From NCBI GenBank assembly GCA_037442105.1, contig JBBIQV010000003.1, positions 63,670-127,669 on the forward strand: a stretch of 64,000 nt of DNA, read 5' to 3'. Shown here in pieces: positions 19,578 through 29,897 of the stretch (position 1 is the stretch's first letter; each line of letters starts with the position of its first letter). The DNA comes from Nitrospiraceae bacterium (GTDB lineage Bacteria; Nitrospirota; Nitrospiria; Nitrospirales; Nitrospiraceae). Both the position numbers and the translations under genes were made by a program. Under the pieces are notes generated by a model. That model saw only the letters and a list, made by a program, of their open reading frames with translations, was not told the DNA's origin and did not search any database.

Positions 19578-19949
19578 ATGAGGCTTTTCACTCTCGGTTG
19601 TATTCTACTCGGCGCCTGGATAAGTGCTTCTACTATGGTTGGGACCACTGCTTCTTCCCAGAACCCACAGCCAGGCAGCCAGGAGGTGGTCGAGTTTCTA
19701 GGGAAGGTGATGCATGTGTCTATAGAGGGCGGATTTTGGGGACTGATCAGCGATGAAGGGGCGAAGTATGATCCCGGCACGCTCCCTCCGAGCTATCGTG
19801 AGGAGGGTCTAAGGGTTCGGGTAAAAGCTAAAATCCTTCGAGATGTCGTGACCTTCCGAATGTGGGGTCAGCGGGTGGAACTACTTCAGATTGAAAGAAT
19901 GATGGAGCGTCACCCGACACAGACCGAGGACTTTCGCCCACGCGACTGA
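19578..19949 (+). CDS. Small exported hypothetical protein
   Basis: Signal-like N-terminus; IEGGFWGL...KYDP OB-fold-like segment. Confidence 0.6.
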   Translation: MRLFTLGCILLGAWISASTMVGTTASSQNPQPGSQEVVEFLGKVMHVSIEGGFWGLISDEGAKYDPGTLPPSYREEGLRVRVKAKILRDVVTFRMWGQRVELLQIERMMERHPTQTEDFRPRD

Positions 19950-20061
19950 GCCGCCAACCCTCCCATGAGAGATCGGTTGACTTGCTCCTCACGATATTGT
20001 ATTAGGTCAGCCCATTGCGGTAAACGAGTGGGAATGAATTCCCAATTCTGTGAAGGTGTCG

Positions 20062-20382
20062 ATGAGTTATCCTTCTCGTCCGGAACGTCTGTTTGCAAAC
20101 TGGGTGATTCCCTATGAGATGATAAGGCCGGCAGATTTGCCGGTTCGAGAATCCATCCGTGGCACTGCGGTGTCCGTGAATGTCTGCTCCGGGGGGATGC
20201 TTGTGGTGATGGACCATAGGCCCGAGATCGACCAAGTCATTAAAGTGTCCATACCAACGAGGATTTCCACTATAGCTATCGACGCGTTGGCCCAGGTCCG
20301 GTGGGCGGAACAAATTGACTTTCCGCCCTTTGCGGCGAGTTACCGCGTGGGCTTGAAGTTTCTGTTCTCTCCCTCAATCTGA
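20062..20382 (+). CDS. Stand-alone PilZ-domain protein
   Basis: VNVCSGGML, AQVRW and YRVGLKF motifs; paralogous to the PilZ domain of 18591..19559. Confidence 0.7.
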   Translation: MSYPSRPERLFANWVIPYEMIRPADLPVRESIRGTAVSVNVCSGGMLVVMDHRPEIDQVIKVSIPTRISTIAIDALAQVRWAEQIDFPPFAASYRVGLKFLFSPSI

Positions 20383-20559
20383 AAGAGATTCCGCAGCTCG
20401 GTGAGCCAATCAGGATTGGCAACAGTGTGCAGCCGGTGCAGACTCCTTCTCCCGCCGCTTGTCGAGAGATTCATTCTCAAGTTTTTCCCGCGCTACGTCG
20501 AAGAAGATAAGATGCGTCGTCGCTCAATCGAGCGGCTTTCTTCCCGGCAATGATGCGTT

Positions 20560-23127
20560 ATGGAATATACCCCGCCGATACCACCGTCTCCGGGAAACTC
20601 TAGAGTCCTCCGTCCCTGGGGAGGCAGCCTCCGCCGCCGCCTCACTTTGGGGCTCAGCACCGTCATTCTCGGCATCGTGGTCGTCGGCGCGGGCGTCGTG
20701 CTCTGGAACCAGAGTCGCCTGCTCCGAACCAATGCGGAGGACCGGGCGAAAACGATCGGGCGTACATTGGGAGCTATGGGATCCGCGGCGGTGCTCGATA
20801 ATCTGTTTCGTCTGCAAGAATCCATGCAGCAGTTCCTGTACGACACCACGATCGTCGATATCGATATCGTGGACGGGGACGACCTGGTCGTTGCTGCCAT
20901 GCGTCCGGAACGGATCGGCCTGACCTTGAGCGATCCGATCTGGCTCTCCCTGCGGAACACCAGGACAGAAAGGGTTTGGGAAGATCTGACCGATGATGGG
21001 CAGCCGGCTCTCGTCATTGTGGAGCCCTTGTTTCAGGACGAAAAGGTTCAGGCGTGGGTGCATCTGGTGGTGTCGTTGGCGCATCTAAAGGAAGAACGGG
21101 CGCGTGCCATCCAGTACATCGCGTTGTGGGCGCTGGTTCTCCTATGCGTCGGCATTATAGGAGTCGGGAGAGCGTTCAGCCAAGTGTCCAGAATAATCGA
21201 ACACCTGGTCAATCTGCTTCACATGCCGCTCAGAGCCGTGGAAGAAAGTTTAGGGCTTGGACCGCACTCCGCTGCATCGTTGCGCGCCGCTCACGTCGAG
21301 CGCAAAGACTTCGAGCGAGTGGTGGCGCTGGCGCACAGGACCGTCGAAATGCTGACGAAACAATCGCTGGCGGTGAAGGAATTGACGCAGTCGCTGGAGG
21401 AGAAAGTCGCGCATCGTACGCGCGACCTCGAATTGGCCCGGGATGAAGCGTTGGCCGCGGCCCATGCGAAGGCGGCTTTTCTCGCCACCATGAGTCACGA
21501 GATTCGGACTCCGATGAACGGCATCATCGGATTTACCGACTTGCTTCTCGACACCGGGATGACTGCGGAGCAACAGGAATATCTACGAGTCGTGCATCGA
21601 TCCGGAGAGCATCTGCTCGAACTGATCAATGACATTCTCGATTTCTCAAAAATGGAAGCCGGAAAGGTAGAGCTGGAGGCGGTAGACTTCGATCTCGGAG
21701 TCTTGATCGAAGACGTGGTTGCGCTGTTCGGGGAGCGCGCCGAGTCGAAGGGGATCGAGCTGGTCAGCCTTGTGCATGCCGGTATTCCGATGCAACTCCG
21801 AGGCGACCCCGGAAGATTGCGCCAGGTGTTGGTGAATTTCGTCGGGAACGCCATCAAGTTTACGGAACGAGGAGACGTGACGGTTGAAGTCAAAACCGCT
21901 TCCTCGCAGCCCTCAGGACTCAATTCTCCACACTCCGGGGAATCGCTCCTCCACTTTGCCGTGACGGACACAGGCATCGGTCTGACGAGCGAGCAATGCG
22001 CGAAACTGTTCGAGCCGTTTACGCAGGCGGATATTTCCACGACACGCAAGTACGGAGGGACCGGCCTTGGTCTTGCCATCTGCAAGCAGCTCGTCGACCT
22101 TATGGGGGGAACAGTCGGGGTGGAGAGCGTGCCCGGGAAGGGAAGCACGTTTTGGTTTACGGCCAAATTCTCGCTCCAAGATGGGGCCGCTGTTCCCCAA
22201 TCCCCGATTACCGGACTCCTCGATCATCAGAAGGTGTTGATTGCAGATGGTCATGCCGGCAATCGGCGGGTTTTGGATATTCATCTGAAAGCCAAAGGGA
22301 TGGTCGTGGAACAGGCCGAGACAGGGACCTCGGCCCTTCAGCGCTTGCGGGAAAGCGCATTGCGAGGTGCCTCGTTCGATCTCGCCGTTCTAGACATGCA
22401 GATGCCTGATATAGACGGACTGGAGCTTGCCCGCCGCATGAAGGCCGATCCCGCGATCCGTTCCGTCCGTCTCGTGCTGGTCACGTCTCTCGCAAGGCGG
22501 GGCGACGGCAAACAGGCCCAGCAAGCGGGCATCGCAGCCTATCTTGTAAAACCCATCAGGCAGTCCCAACTGTATCGGTGTTTGGAATTGGTTTGTGCCC
22601 AGCCTCTTGCCGCCGAGTATTCGCCTGAAAAAGCCCGGCCTCCGCTGATCACCCGGCATACGCTTTCAGAAATGCAGGCGCAAGACGCTCCGGTTACTTT
22701 GCTGGCGGAGGATAATCCGGTGAACCAGAAAGTTGCCGTGAAATTTCTTGAGAAGTTGGGATGTCGTGCGGAGGTCGTCACCACCGGCCGGGAGGCGGTA
22801 GATGCCGCAATGCGCCGATCCTATGCGCTGGTCTTTATGGACTGCCGGATGCCGGAGATGGATGGATTTGCCGCGACGGCGGAGATCCGCAGGCGAGAGG
22901 CGATGGACAAGGAGCTGGCGGCGGACAAAGGAGAAGAAGGCTCTTCCCTCTCGTCTCGTGCCGCGCGCCACGTGCCTATTGTCGCCATGACGGCCAATGT
23001 GATGTCTGAGGACCGCGAACGCTGTTTGGCGGCCGGTATGGATGATTTTCTGGGCAAACCGATCCGTTTCGAAGAGCTACGTGCCGTCCTCGACCGCTGG
23101 CTTGCCAGACAGGACGCTGCCGGGTAG
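20560..23127 (+). CDS. Hybrid sensor histidine kinase (2 TM, periplasmic sensor, HisKA, HATPase, two REC domains)
   Basis: [12 protein letters not shown]-box, GNAIKFT, DTGIG, GGTGLGL; VLDMQMP and FMDCRMP receiver motifs. Confidence 0.93.
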   Translation: MEYTPPIPPSPGNSRVLRPWGGSLRRRLTLGLSTVILGIVVVGAGVVLWNQSRLLRTNAEDRAKTIGRTLGAMGSAAVLDNLFRLQESMQQFLYDTTIVDIDIVDGDDLVVAAMRPERIGLTLSDPIWLSLRNTRTERVWEDLTDDGQPALVIVEPLFQDEKVQAWVHLVVSLAHLKEERARAIQYIALWALVLLCVGIIGVGRAFSQVSRIIEHLVNLLHMPLRAVEESLGLGPHSAASLRAAHVERKDFERVVALAHRTVEMLTKQSLAVKELTQSLEEKVAHRTRDLELARDEALAAAHAKAAFLATMSHEIRTPMNGIIGFTDLLLDTGMTAEQQEYLRVVHRSGEHLLELINDILDFSKMEAGKVELEAVDFDLGVLIEDVVALFGERAESKGIELVSLVHAGIPMQLRGDPGRLRQVLVNFVGNAIKFTERGDVTVEVKTASSQPSGLNSPHSGESLLHFAVTDTGIGLTSEQCAKLFEPFTQADISTTRKYGGTGLGLAICKQLVDLMGGTVGVESVPGKGSTFWFTAKFSLQDGAAVPQSPITGLLDHQKVLIADGHAGNRRVLDIHLKAKGMVVEQAETGTSALQRLRESALRGASFDLAVLDMQMPDIDGLELARRMKADPAIRSVRLVLVTSLARRGDGKQAQQAGIAAYLVKPIRQSQLYRCLELVCAQPLAAEYSPEKARPPLITRHTLSEMQAQDAPVTLLAEDNPVNQKVAVKFLEKLGCRAEVVTTGREAVDAAMRRSYALVFMDCRMPEMDGFAATAEIRRREAMDKELAADKGEEGSSLSSRAARHVPIVAMTANVMSEDRERCLAAGMDDFLGKPIRFEELRAVLDRWLARQDAAG

Positions 23128-23140
23128 CCCGCCGAGTCCG

Positions 23141-23893
23141 TTATCGACGGGGATACTCCAGCGTGATCGTTATCTCGCCTGTCGGCGGCACGTCGATCTC
23201 ACGAGAGAGGTTGCCGAGCGACTCATGCCACACCTGCAGACGCCGGTGTCCGGACGGAACATTGACGATCCGGAACTCGCCTCGCTCGTCGCTGACGTCA
23301 AAAAAGGGATGGTCGAACCCGATGCGATAGGCGTGCATGAACTTATGCGCGTCGCATTGGACTCGATACAGACCGGCTTTCTTGGTCTGCTTGATGATCG
23401 GTCTGCCGCCCGCGGGAAGCGCGACGTTCAGGACCGTCCGCTCGTCGTTGTACACGTGCGTGTTGTGCATGATGGGATCGTCGTTCGTTACCTCGAGGGG
23501 ATTGCCCGTCTGGAAGGCACCGATCCGCGGCACGAATCGGCACTGCTTGTTTTGAATTGTTGTCGTGGCCTGTTGGGCCGCAGCGGGCGGCGCCTGGCTC
23601 ACCTCCACGCTGATGACGGCATTGTGCACCCCGCGTGTTTCGCGGTTTACGACTAACGGATCATCGGTAACCGACGACCCACAGACTTGGCTGTCCCGTG
23701 TCACCGGCACGGCCATCGGTGGCGGGACTGTCCCGGAAAAGACGACGCGACCGGTGATGGTCGCCCCTCCTTGGTCGGCCATGCCGAGCGGCTGAGAAGC
23801 AACGATGGCGCAGACCATCACCCAAGCGATCGGCCATGCCGGCCACGCATTGCGGCGAAACGGTGTCCGAGAACACACGCAGCAAGAGAACAT
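23141..23893 (-). CDS. Exported protein with a carboxypeptidase-regulatory-like beta-sandwich and a cupredoxin-like insert carrying a putative type-1 Cu motif
   Basis: ITGRV N-terminal strand; C-F-P; MHNTH...CDAHKFM; GEFRIVNVPSG...VWHE. Confidence 0.7.
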   Translation of the reverse strand: MFSCCVCSRTPFRRNAWPAWPIAWVMVCAIVASQPLGMADQGGATITGRVVFSGTVPPPMAVPVTRDSQVCGSSVTDDPLVVNRETRGVHNAVISVEVSQAPPAAAQQATTTIQNKQCRFVPRIGAFQTGNPLEVTNDDPIMHNTHVYNDERTVLNVALPAGGRPIIKQTKKAGLYRVQCDAHKFMHAYRIGFDHPFFDVSDERGEFRIVNVPSGHRRLQVWHESLGNLSREIDVPPTGEITITLEYPRR

Positions 23894-23895
23894 GG

Positions 23896-24669
23896 TTACT
23901 CCCTCCGTTCGGAAGAAAGAGACAGCACGTAGTAGACCAAGTCCCATGCCTCCGCCTCTTTGTCTCTAAGGTAATCAGCGTAGGACGGCATCGGTGTCCC
24001 GTCAAGCCCGGTCATCAATGCGCGGTAGATGTCCTGCGGGCGCGCGCCGAATTTGAAGGATGATCGATCCGTGAGGTCGGTCGCCCGCATGTGCAGCCCC
24101 CGCTCGTTCTTTAACTCCCCGGTGCGGGATACCGGTCCATCTCCCGTACCGTTGAGTCCGTGACAGGTCTGGCAGCCCAGCCGTTGGTAGCTGGTCCGTC
24201 CGTGCGTAATACTTGACTCAGAAGGAGGGAATGGCGGGAAGCCTATTATTATAGGATTGCGCGCTTCTTCGCGAAACTCAGGCCTCAATGATTGCACATA
24301 GGCGATGACTTGCCACCGTTCCTCTTCCGTGAGGCTGGCGAACGGCGGCATGTACCCGGGAATTCCTTGCGTAACGACGCGAAATAAGTCCTGGTCGGCC
24401 GGCAGCTCTCCTGTCGGCGTCGTGCGAGACCGGAACGATTCGGCGGTGAAATCCCTCGGACGGGGCGCCGAATAGCGGCCGAGGTACCAGGCGGCCGGTC
24501 CGTCTCCTTTGCCCTGCCGGCCATGACACATCAGGCAAGTCCGCTGATAGATGGCTTTGCCCATTTCGAGGGTGTCTCGGGTGTCGCCAGGTTTCTCAGC
24601 GTGAAGCGGAGCATCCGCAAGACCTACGGACATAATCAGAGCCAAAGTCACCGACGTCAGGTATCGCAT
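23896..24669 (-). CDS. Periplasmic dihaem cytochrome c
   Basis: Signal peptide; CLMCH and CQTCH; GKGDGP/GTGDGP; distal Met motifs YMPPF and TPMPSY. Confidence 0.9.
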   Translation of the reverse strand: MRYLTSVTLALIMSVGLADAPLHAEKPGDTRDTLEMGKAIYQRTCLMCHGRQGKGDGPAAWYLGRYSAPRPRDFTAESFRSRTTPTGELPADQDLFRVVTQGIPGYMPPFASLTEEERWQVIAYVQSLRPEFREEARNPIIIGFPPFPPSESSITHGRTSYQRLGCQTCHGLNGTGDGPVSRTGELKNERGLHMRATDLTDRSSFKFGARPQDIYRALMTGLDGTPMPSYADYLRDKEAEAWDLVYYVLSLSSERRE

Positions 24670-24672
24670 AGG

Positions 24673-26043
24673 TTAAAACACCACGTCGATCCCCGCGAAA
24701 AAGGCATTTCGGAGATTGCGGGCGGCCGCGGCACCACCTTCGGATTTTCTGAGATTCATGTCGTCCCGTGCGTAGATCGCAACGTTCGTCCGTAAGTACT
24801 GCTTGACCTGAAATCCGACAAAGGTTTGGGAGCTGCGTTGATCGAGCTCTCCGCCGGCATCCATGTGATCGTAACGGACCGACAATAACGTGTTGCTGGT
24901 CACATACGCGTCCGCGGCTACGGTGAGGCCGGTGGCTGTCGCGTCGAAGTCGGCCGCCAGGGCGGTCGGCACACGCGCGATGCGGTCGGCCGTGTACAGC
25001 CCGTAAATGTCGATCATTTCGTACCGCACGTTGGCGGCGACGCCGTACCGATTCCAATTCACGTCTTCCCCGGACCGGACCCTGACGTTACCGTTCCCGA
25101 AATATGTAAAACCGGACAGGCTGGCCGAGAAGAAGTTGGACCTGGAGTAATCCAGGCGCACCATGCCGTAAAAATCCTTTGCCTTACCGGAATCTCCGAA
25201 ACCCTCATTAGCGCCGTTCAGGACACCGAATTGATAGAGCAGCCAGTCGCCGAATGGGCGCCCTCGCACGTCCACGCCCATTTCGGCCACTCCGTTGTAG
25301 AGGGATGGGGCATAGGGAGAGAGTGCCGTGCCGTCCCGATGAAACAGGCCGTAGAACTTCGCCGCCGTCGCAAGCGGAAAGAGTCCGGCCCGGTTGATGG
25401 TCTGCGGCATGAATGCACCGTCGGCCTTTTTGACGTGTTCTCCGACGAATTCCAGTTGCTGGCGAAGGGTGGAAAAGGAAAACGATGCGGAAGGATCGAT
25501 CCGGCCGACGCGGATGTGCGCCAGATCGCGACCACCAAGGTTGTTGAAGGTGAGAAACGCGCGTTCTATTCCGGTTGTCCCCTCTTCCAGATTCGATTCT
25601 AGCTCCGTAAAGAACCCGATATTTTTGGTCAACGTGCCGGCCGCGAAGAGGCTGAAGACTTCCGGGAAGCCGAACTCCGTTTTGTTCTCCGCAACGCCGG
25701 GATCAGAGCCCGGCGGATTCTGTTGTTTCACGCTGTGATTCCGAAGGACGTTCCCTCGCAAACGGACACCCAGATAGTTGGCGACATCATCCAATGAGAC
25801 GTCTCCCAAGGTGCGCTTGCCCGTGATGCCTCCGTTCTCCGTGCCGGGCAACTGGTATCCGTTTTCGAGGAAACGCTCGCCGTACGGGTTGAGCCGTGGT
25901 GGTGCAGTGTGGCAGGCCGTGCAGGTCAGATTGTATTTACGTGCAAAGGGGGGAATGGCCTGGGCGTTATTCGCGATCATCAGAGTCATGGCGAACAGGC
26001 AGAGTGCGATGCTCAGCGTTGTAATCTTGACAGGAAGACCCAT
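24673..26043 (-). CDS. cyc2: Cyc2-like fused monohaem cytochrome-porin
   Basis: After the signal peptide: AIPPFARKY-NLT-CTACH-TAPPRLNPYGERFLENGY (Cyc2 N-terminal signature). Amphipathic beta strands; terminal Phe (GIDVVF). Confidence 0.75.
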   Translation of the reverse strand: MGLPVKITTLSIALCLFAMTLMIANNAQAIPPFARKYNLTCTACHTAPPRLNPYGERFLENGYQLPGTENGGITGKRTLGDVSLDDVANYLGVRLRGNVLRNHSVKQQNPPGSDPGVAENKTEFGFPEVFSLFAAGTLTKNIGFFTELESNLEEGTTGIERAFLTFNNLGGRDLAHIRVGRIDPSASFSFSTLRQQLEFVGEHVKKADGAFMPQTINRAGLFPLATAAKFYGLFHRDGTALSPYAPSLYNGVAEMGVDVRGRPFGDWLLYQFGVLNGANEGFGDSGKAKDFYGMVRLDYSRSNFFSASLSGFTYFGNGNVRVRSGEDVNWNRYGVAANVRYEMIDIYGLYTADRIARVPTALAADFDATATGLTVAADAYVTSNTLLSVRYDHMDAGGELDQRSSQTFVGFQVKQYLRTNVAIYARDDMNLRKSEGGAAAARNLRNAFFAGIDVVF

Positions 26044-26132
26044 CGCCCTTGTGCCTGACGCACGGCTGTGCTCTCCAGGCCACTACCGTGTTCGGAGGCG
26101 CGGGGATCGTGTATTGAACCGCACGCCTCTTC

Positions 26133-28109
26133 TCAGACGTTCTCCATTCCTGTGGGTTTAGCCAGGGGGATCTCCGCTGTAATCCGTGTTCCCCGTCCGG
26201 GCGAGGAAGAAACGATCAGCCTGCCGCCGAGTTTCCTGGCATGTGCCGCCATATCGGCGAGTCCCCCTCCTGCACTGCCTGATTTGATTATCTTGAAGCC
26301 GACGCCGTCGTCCTTCAAAGCAAGGCGAACGGTGTTCTTATGGGTATAGAGATGAATGACTCCGGAGCGGGCTCTGGCATGCCGCACAATATTGCCAATT
26401 CCTTCCCGCGCGATGTGTAAAAGAGCAAGTTCTTGTTCCTGGGACAGACGGCTCGCGGTCGCGCGGTCTATCTTTACCTTGAAGGGGATGGACGGCCAAG
26501 CGGCGCTGGAATGGACAAGAGCGTGAAGGGCGGCTTCGAGTTCGTTCGGGGCTTCCATTTCCGGCCAAAGGCGAGGAATGAAATCCCGCAGGTCTTGGAC
26601 CAGGCGTCGGATCTGCGAGACGGCTCGGTCGAGTTGTTGCGATGCCTCGTGCGGGGTCTGGGCAAGGAGTACTTTGGTTGATTCCAGCGTCATCCCCACT
26701 GCGTAGAGTGATTGGAGCATTCCGTCATGGAGGTCTTTGTACATCTGCTCCCGCTCTTCGGTCATCTGGCGAAGGCGAAGTTCATGCCGCCTCTTGGTCT
26801 CTTCCGCACGTCTACGATCCGTTATATCGCGGACGATCGCGGTGAGATGCGGATGGTCGCGCAGGGCTACCTGACTCAGGGACATATCGACCGGGAACTT
26901 AGCGCCGTTCTTTCGCAATCCGATGAGATCGAGATTCACGGAGACCGACTTATGGCTGAACAACGCAGCAGGAAGCACAAATCCGAAGAAGCCTGCCGCA
27001 CCTTTCTTGGATGGAGGCTGCAACATGGTTTCGATATCTTTGCCGACCATCTCATCGGCGCTGTATCCGAACATGCGACAAGCGGCCGGATTGCTCGATC
27101 GTACTTTCCCTTGGCCGTTGACAATGATGATTCCGTCCGGGGCGGTGTCTACAATGCTTCGCAATTGTTGTTCATTATCCCGCAGCGCCTCCAGCGACTG
27201 GACGGCCTGTTGTCGTGCCTGCTCAAGTTCGACCGTTCGCTGCGCCACCTTCTCTTCGAGCGTGCGGGCAAATTGCTGTAGCGCTTCGGATTGCACGGTC
27301 AACACCTGGACCGTCTGACCGGCTATGTCCGCCAACCGATCAATTTCGTCCGTATGCCCGATGCCGGCGACCGATCTGTGCGCCGGCACCTGCGCAACCG
27401 TTCCGCCGGCCGAGAGGGTGCGACCTAATGTGTCAAGCGGGGACTTCAACTGGGCGATGACGGCGTGAAAGACGTTGGAAACCCGTCGGAAGGTCATGCT
27501 GATGGCCAGAATGCCCGCTCCTATCAACGCTGAGGCGATCAACACGATTCGAGTCGCAGTCTCGTCGCGTTCTCGTTGGACCTGCACGAGAGAGACCGTG
27601 AGGCGAACCCAGGCGGCGATCACCTGGCGATCTATCAGTGGTTCGACGACCACCAGGACCGGCTGACCATCCGGTGTCGTAGAAGCCATGACCGACTCTG
27701 CGGTCTGCCTCCGCGCATCAAGCCACGCGTGGTCCTCCAGGGTCAGGCCGATCCGCCTTTCATTCATGGACGCAATGATCAAGTTGTCGGGATCCACGAT
27801 GTCGATATCGAGGATCGTGTCGTCCTTTAGGTAGTGCTGCATGGATTCCTGAAGACGGAACAAATTCTCGATCACGGCCGCCGATCCCACCGCCGCCAGC
27901 GTTCGACCGATGGCTCTGGCGCGTTCCTCTGCAGCTTCCTGAAGTAGCCGTTCCTGCTGCGTCAGCATGGTGAGCGCACCGGTTCCCATGATGGCGAGAA
28001 TCATCGCGCTGAGCGCGATGGTCAGCTTGAGGCGAAGGCTGGGCGGCCACAACCGTCTATCTTGTAAGAAGCCGGTGAGTTGCTGCGTGAATGTCTGAGA
28101 GGCTGCCAT
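26133..28109 (-). CDS. PAS-domain sensor histidine kinase, HisKA_3 (NarX/DesK-type)
   Basis: Two TMs; PAS (APDGII...NPAACRMFGY...RDITDR); DLHDGMLQSL, EGIGNIVRHA, DDGVGF. Confidence 0.9.
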   Translation of the reverse strand: MAASQTFTQQLTGFLQDRRLWPPSLRLKLTIALSAMILAIMGTGALTMLTQQERLLQEAAEERARAIGRTLAAVGSAAVIENLFRLQESMQHYLKDDTILDIDIVDPDNLIIASMNERRIGLTLEDHAWLDARRQTAESVMASTTPDGQPVLVVVEPLIDRQVIAAWVRLTVSLVQVQRERDETATRIVLIASALIGAGILAISMTFRRVSNVFHAVIAQLKSPLDTLGRTLSAGGTVAQVPAHRSVAGIGHTDEIDRLADIAGQTVQVLTVQSEALQQFARTLEEKVAQRTVELEQARQQAVQSLEALRDNEQQLRSIVDTAPDGIIIVNGQGKVRSSNPAACRMFGYSADEMVGKDIETMLQPPSKKGAAGFFGFVLPAALFSHKSVSVNLDLIGLRKNGAKFPVDMSLSQVALRDHPHLTAIVRDITDRRRAEETKRRHELRLRQMTEEREQMYKDLHDGMLQSLYAVGMTLESTKVLLAQTPHEASQQLDRAVSQIRRLVQDLRDFIPRLWPEMEAPNELEAALHALVHSSAAWPSIPFKVKIDRATASRLSQEQELALLHIAREGIGNIVRHARARSGVIHLYTHKNTVRLALKDDGVGFKIIKSGSAGGGLADMAAHARKLGGRLIVSSSPGRGTRITAEIPLAKPTGMENV

Positions 28110-28241
28110 AAAAAGCGAGCGCTCGCCTGATGCCACCACAGCGCTTGTGCTTCGCGTTTATCATGGAATTCTTCGGTTGCCAATCTTTTTCTCTGAAGAG
28201 TTGCGTCTGGGGAGGGGATGAGAGGAGATGACACGAGGGGC

Positions 28242-29831
28242 TTATGAATTGCCGGACCTCTGTTTTGCGTTCAAGGTTTCTACCCATTGGCGCTGGAACT
28301 GCTCATAGGAGAGGGAAAGCTTGTCCTGCATGGCGGCGTCGAGAGGCTGGCCGGTTGTGAGTAAGTTCATCAGTTGTCGAACCTTGAACATGCTGTACCG
28401 GTCCACCAGGTTTTGAGCCGCTGCGGAGGCTTCCAGATAAGCGGCTAACCGCGTGTCTGCCGCCAGGTTGGTCCATGGGCTTTCTAAGGAGGTGAGAGGG
28501 ATCAAAGCGGGGCCTTTCTCCCTGGCTCCTTCAAGGTCGGGCCATGGATCCTCGGCCAAGAGGATTGCAAGCCCTTCAACCAACCACGTAGGAACTTTAA
28601 CGAGATGAGCGCCCATCTTGTCACGAAGTAAGGCGTGAACAAACTCATGGCGCAGCACCCGGCTCAACCAAGCTAGGTCGTCAAGCGCTCCCCGCACGGG
28701 CAGGTGAATCTCATTTGAAGCTGCGTCGTACAACTTATCCGCCCATTCCGGGCTTCCCGTTCTGTTCGTAAAGGTTTCTGCTGTGTGCAGCACCACCATG
28801 AGGGGAGCCGAGGGGAAATGCCCGAACTTCTGGCAGATGTCCAGGTATGCAAATTCGAGGATGGCACGCACACGGACCCAGGCTTCCTCATCCTTGTCGC
28901 CGGCGAATCTCGCGATGAAGTGCTCCTGTTGTTGGAGATCGGAGTGTTGCTCGGTCTCTTTCGAACGCGTCACCTTGGCGGTTGAAATGATCGGAGCAGG
29001 TCGTGACGCGACGTTCGTTTGGAGTATCTGCGCGGCGCCGTCCTGACTCCGTGCAATCAGCCCTTGCGCGTTGCCTTTTCCCGGCTGATTGGCCAGGAAA
29101 AGCTTGTGTGGGTCGGACTGAGCCGCGAGTCGGATTTTTGCCGTCAGACTGTGGGCATAGGATTGCAGGGTCGGATCGCGCTGGGCTTGTTCAACCACCT
29201 GATTAAGGTGGCGCATGGCCGTCTCCACCTCACCTTTCTCCAGCAGCAGTTCAGCCAAGGCCAGATGCGGAAAAGGTTCGCGCGGAATTAAACGGATAAC
29301 CTTCTGCAAAAACTCGGGTGTGAGCGAAGGGTGACGAAGCCCCCAATACGCATGGGTGAGATTCAGATGGGCGACCGAACTGGCTCGATCGATGGCCACT
29401 GCTTTCTGAAATGCCTTGACTGACACCTCGATGCCGCCCGATTGTTCTTGTTGAACTCCTAGATTATTCCACAACGTGGCTACGTACTTTCGCGCGCGTT
29501 CGTGCGCTAGCACTTCGGTGGGCAACCTATGAAGTCTCGAGGCTGCCTCTCCCAAGTTTCCTTTCTCCAATTCATCGCGGATTGCCTGAAGTTTGGAGTT
29601 AGGAGCTTCGCCGGGATCCCCAAGACGCGCTGACGGAATTTGGGGATCGAGGGGTATCGCTGTTGTGGTTGGCCTGGAATCCATGGTGGTTGGCGGTTCC
29701 TCGCCATTTGTCGTAGACGGAGTGGGACGCGGGGCGTGGTAGGCCGGTTTCAGCCACCCCTGATAGAGGACAAAAATCGCCAACGCTGCGACTATCAGGC
29801 GTAAGAGAGGAGCAAGGCTACGGCGATACAT
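28242..29831 (-). CDS. Membrane-anchored TPR protein with a peptidase MA-like zinc metallopeptidase domain
   Basis: N-terminal TM; TPR (WNNLG, AHLNL, PHLALAELL); HEFVH plus WLVEGLA gluzincin motif. Confidence 0.8.
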   Translation of the reverse strand: MYRRSLAPLLRLIVAALAIFVLYQGWLKPAYHAPRPTPSTTNGEEPPTTMDSRPTTTAIPLDPQIPSARLGDPGEAPNSKLQAIRDELEKGNLGEAASRLHRLPTEVLAHERARKYVATLWNNLGVQQEQSGGIEVSVKAFQKAVAIDRASSVAHLNLTHAYWGLRHPSLTPEFLQKVIRLIPREPFPHLALAELLLEKGEVETAMRHLNQVVEQAQRDPTLQSYAHSLTAKIRLAAQSDPHKLFLANQPGKGNAQGLIARSQDGAAQILQTNVASRPAPIISTAKVTRSKETEQHSDLQQQEHFIARFAGDKDEEAWVRVRAILEFAYLDICQKFGHFPSAPLMVVLHTAETFTNRTGSPEWADKLYDAASNEIHLPVRGALDDLAWLSRVLRHEFVHALLRDKMGAHLVKVPTWLVEGLAILLAEDPWPDLEGAREKGPALIPLTSLESPWTNLAADTRLAAYLEASAAAQNLVDRYSMFKVRQLMNLLTTGQPLDAAMQDKLSLSYEQFQRQWVETLNAKQRSGNS

Positions 29832-29897
29832 GGTTCCGACTGATCACCATAAATATTGTTCGAGGAACTGGGATTCCACCTGCACACGTCTCTTCGG

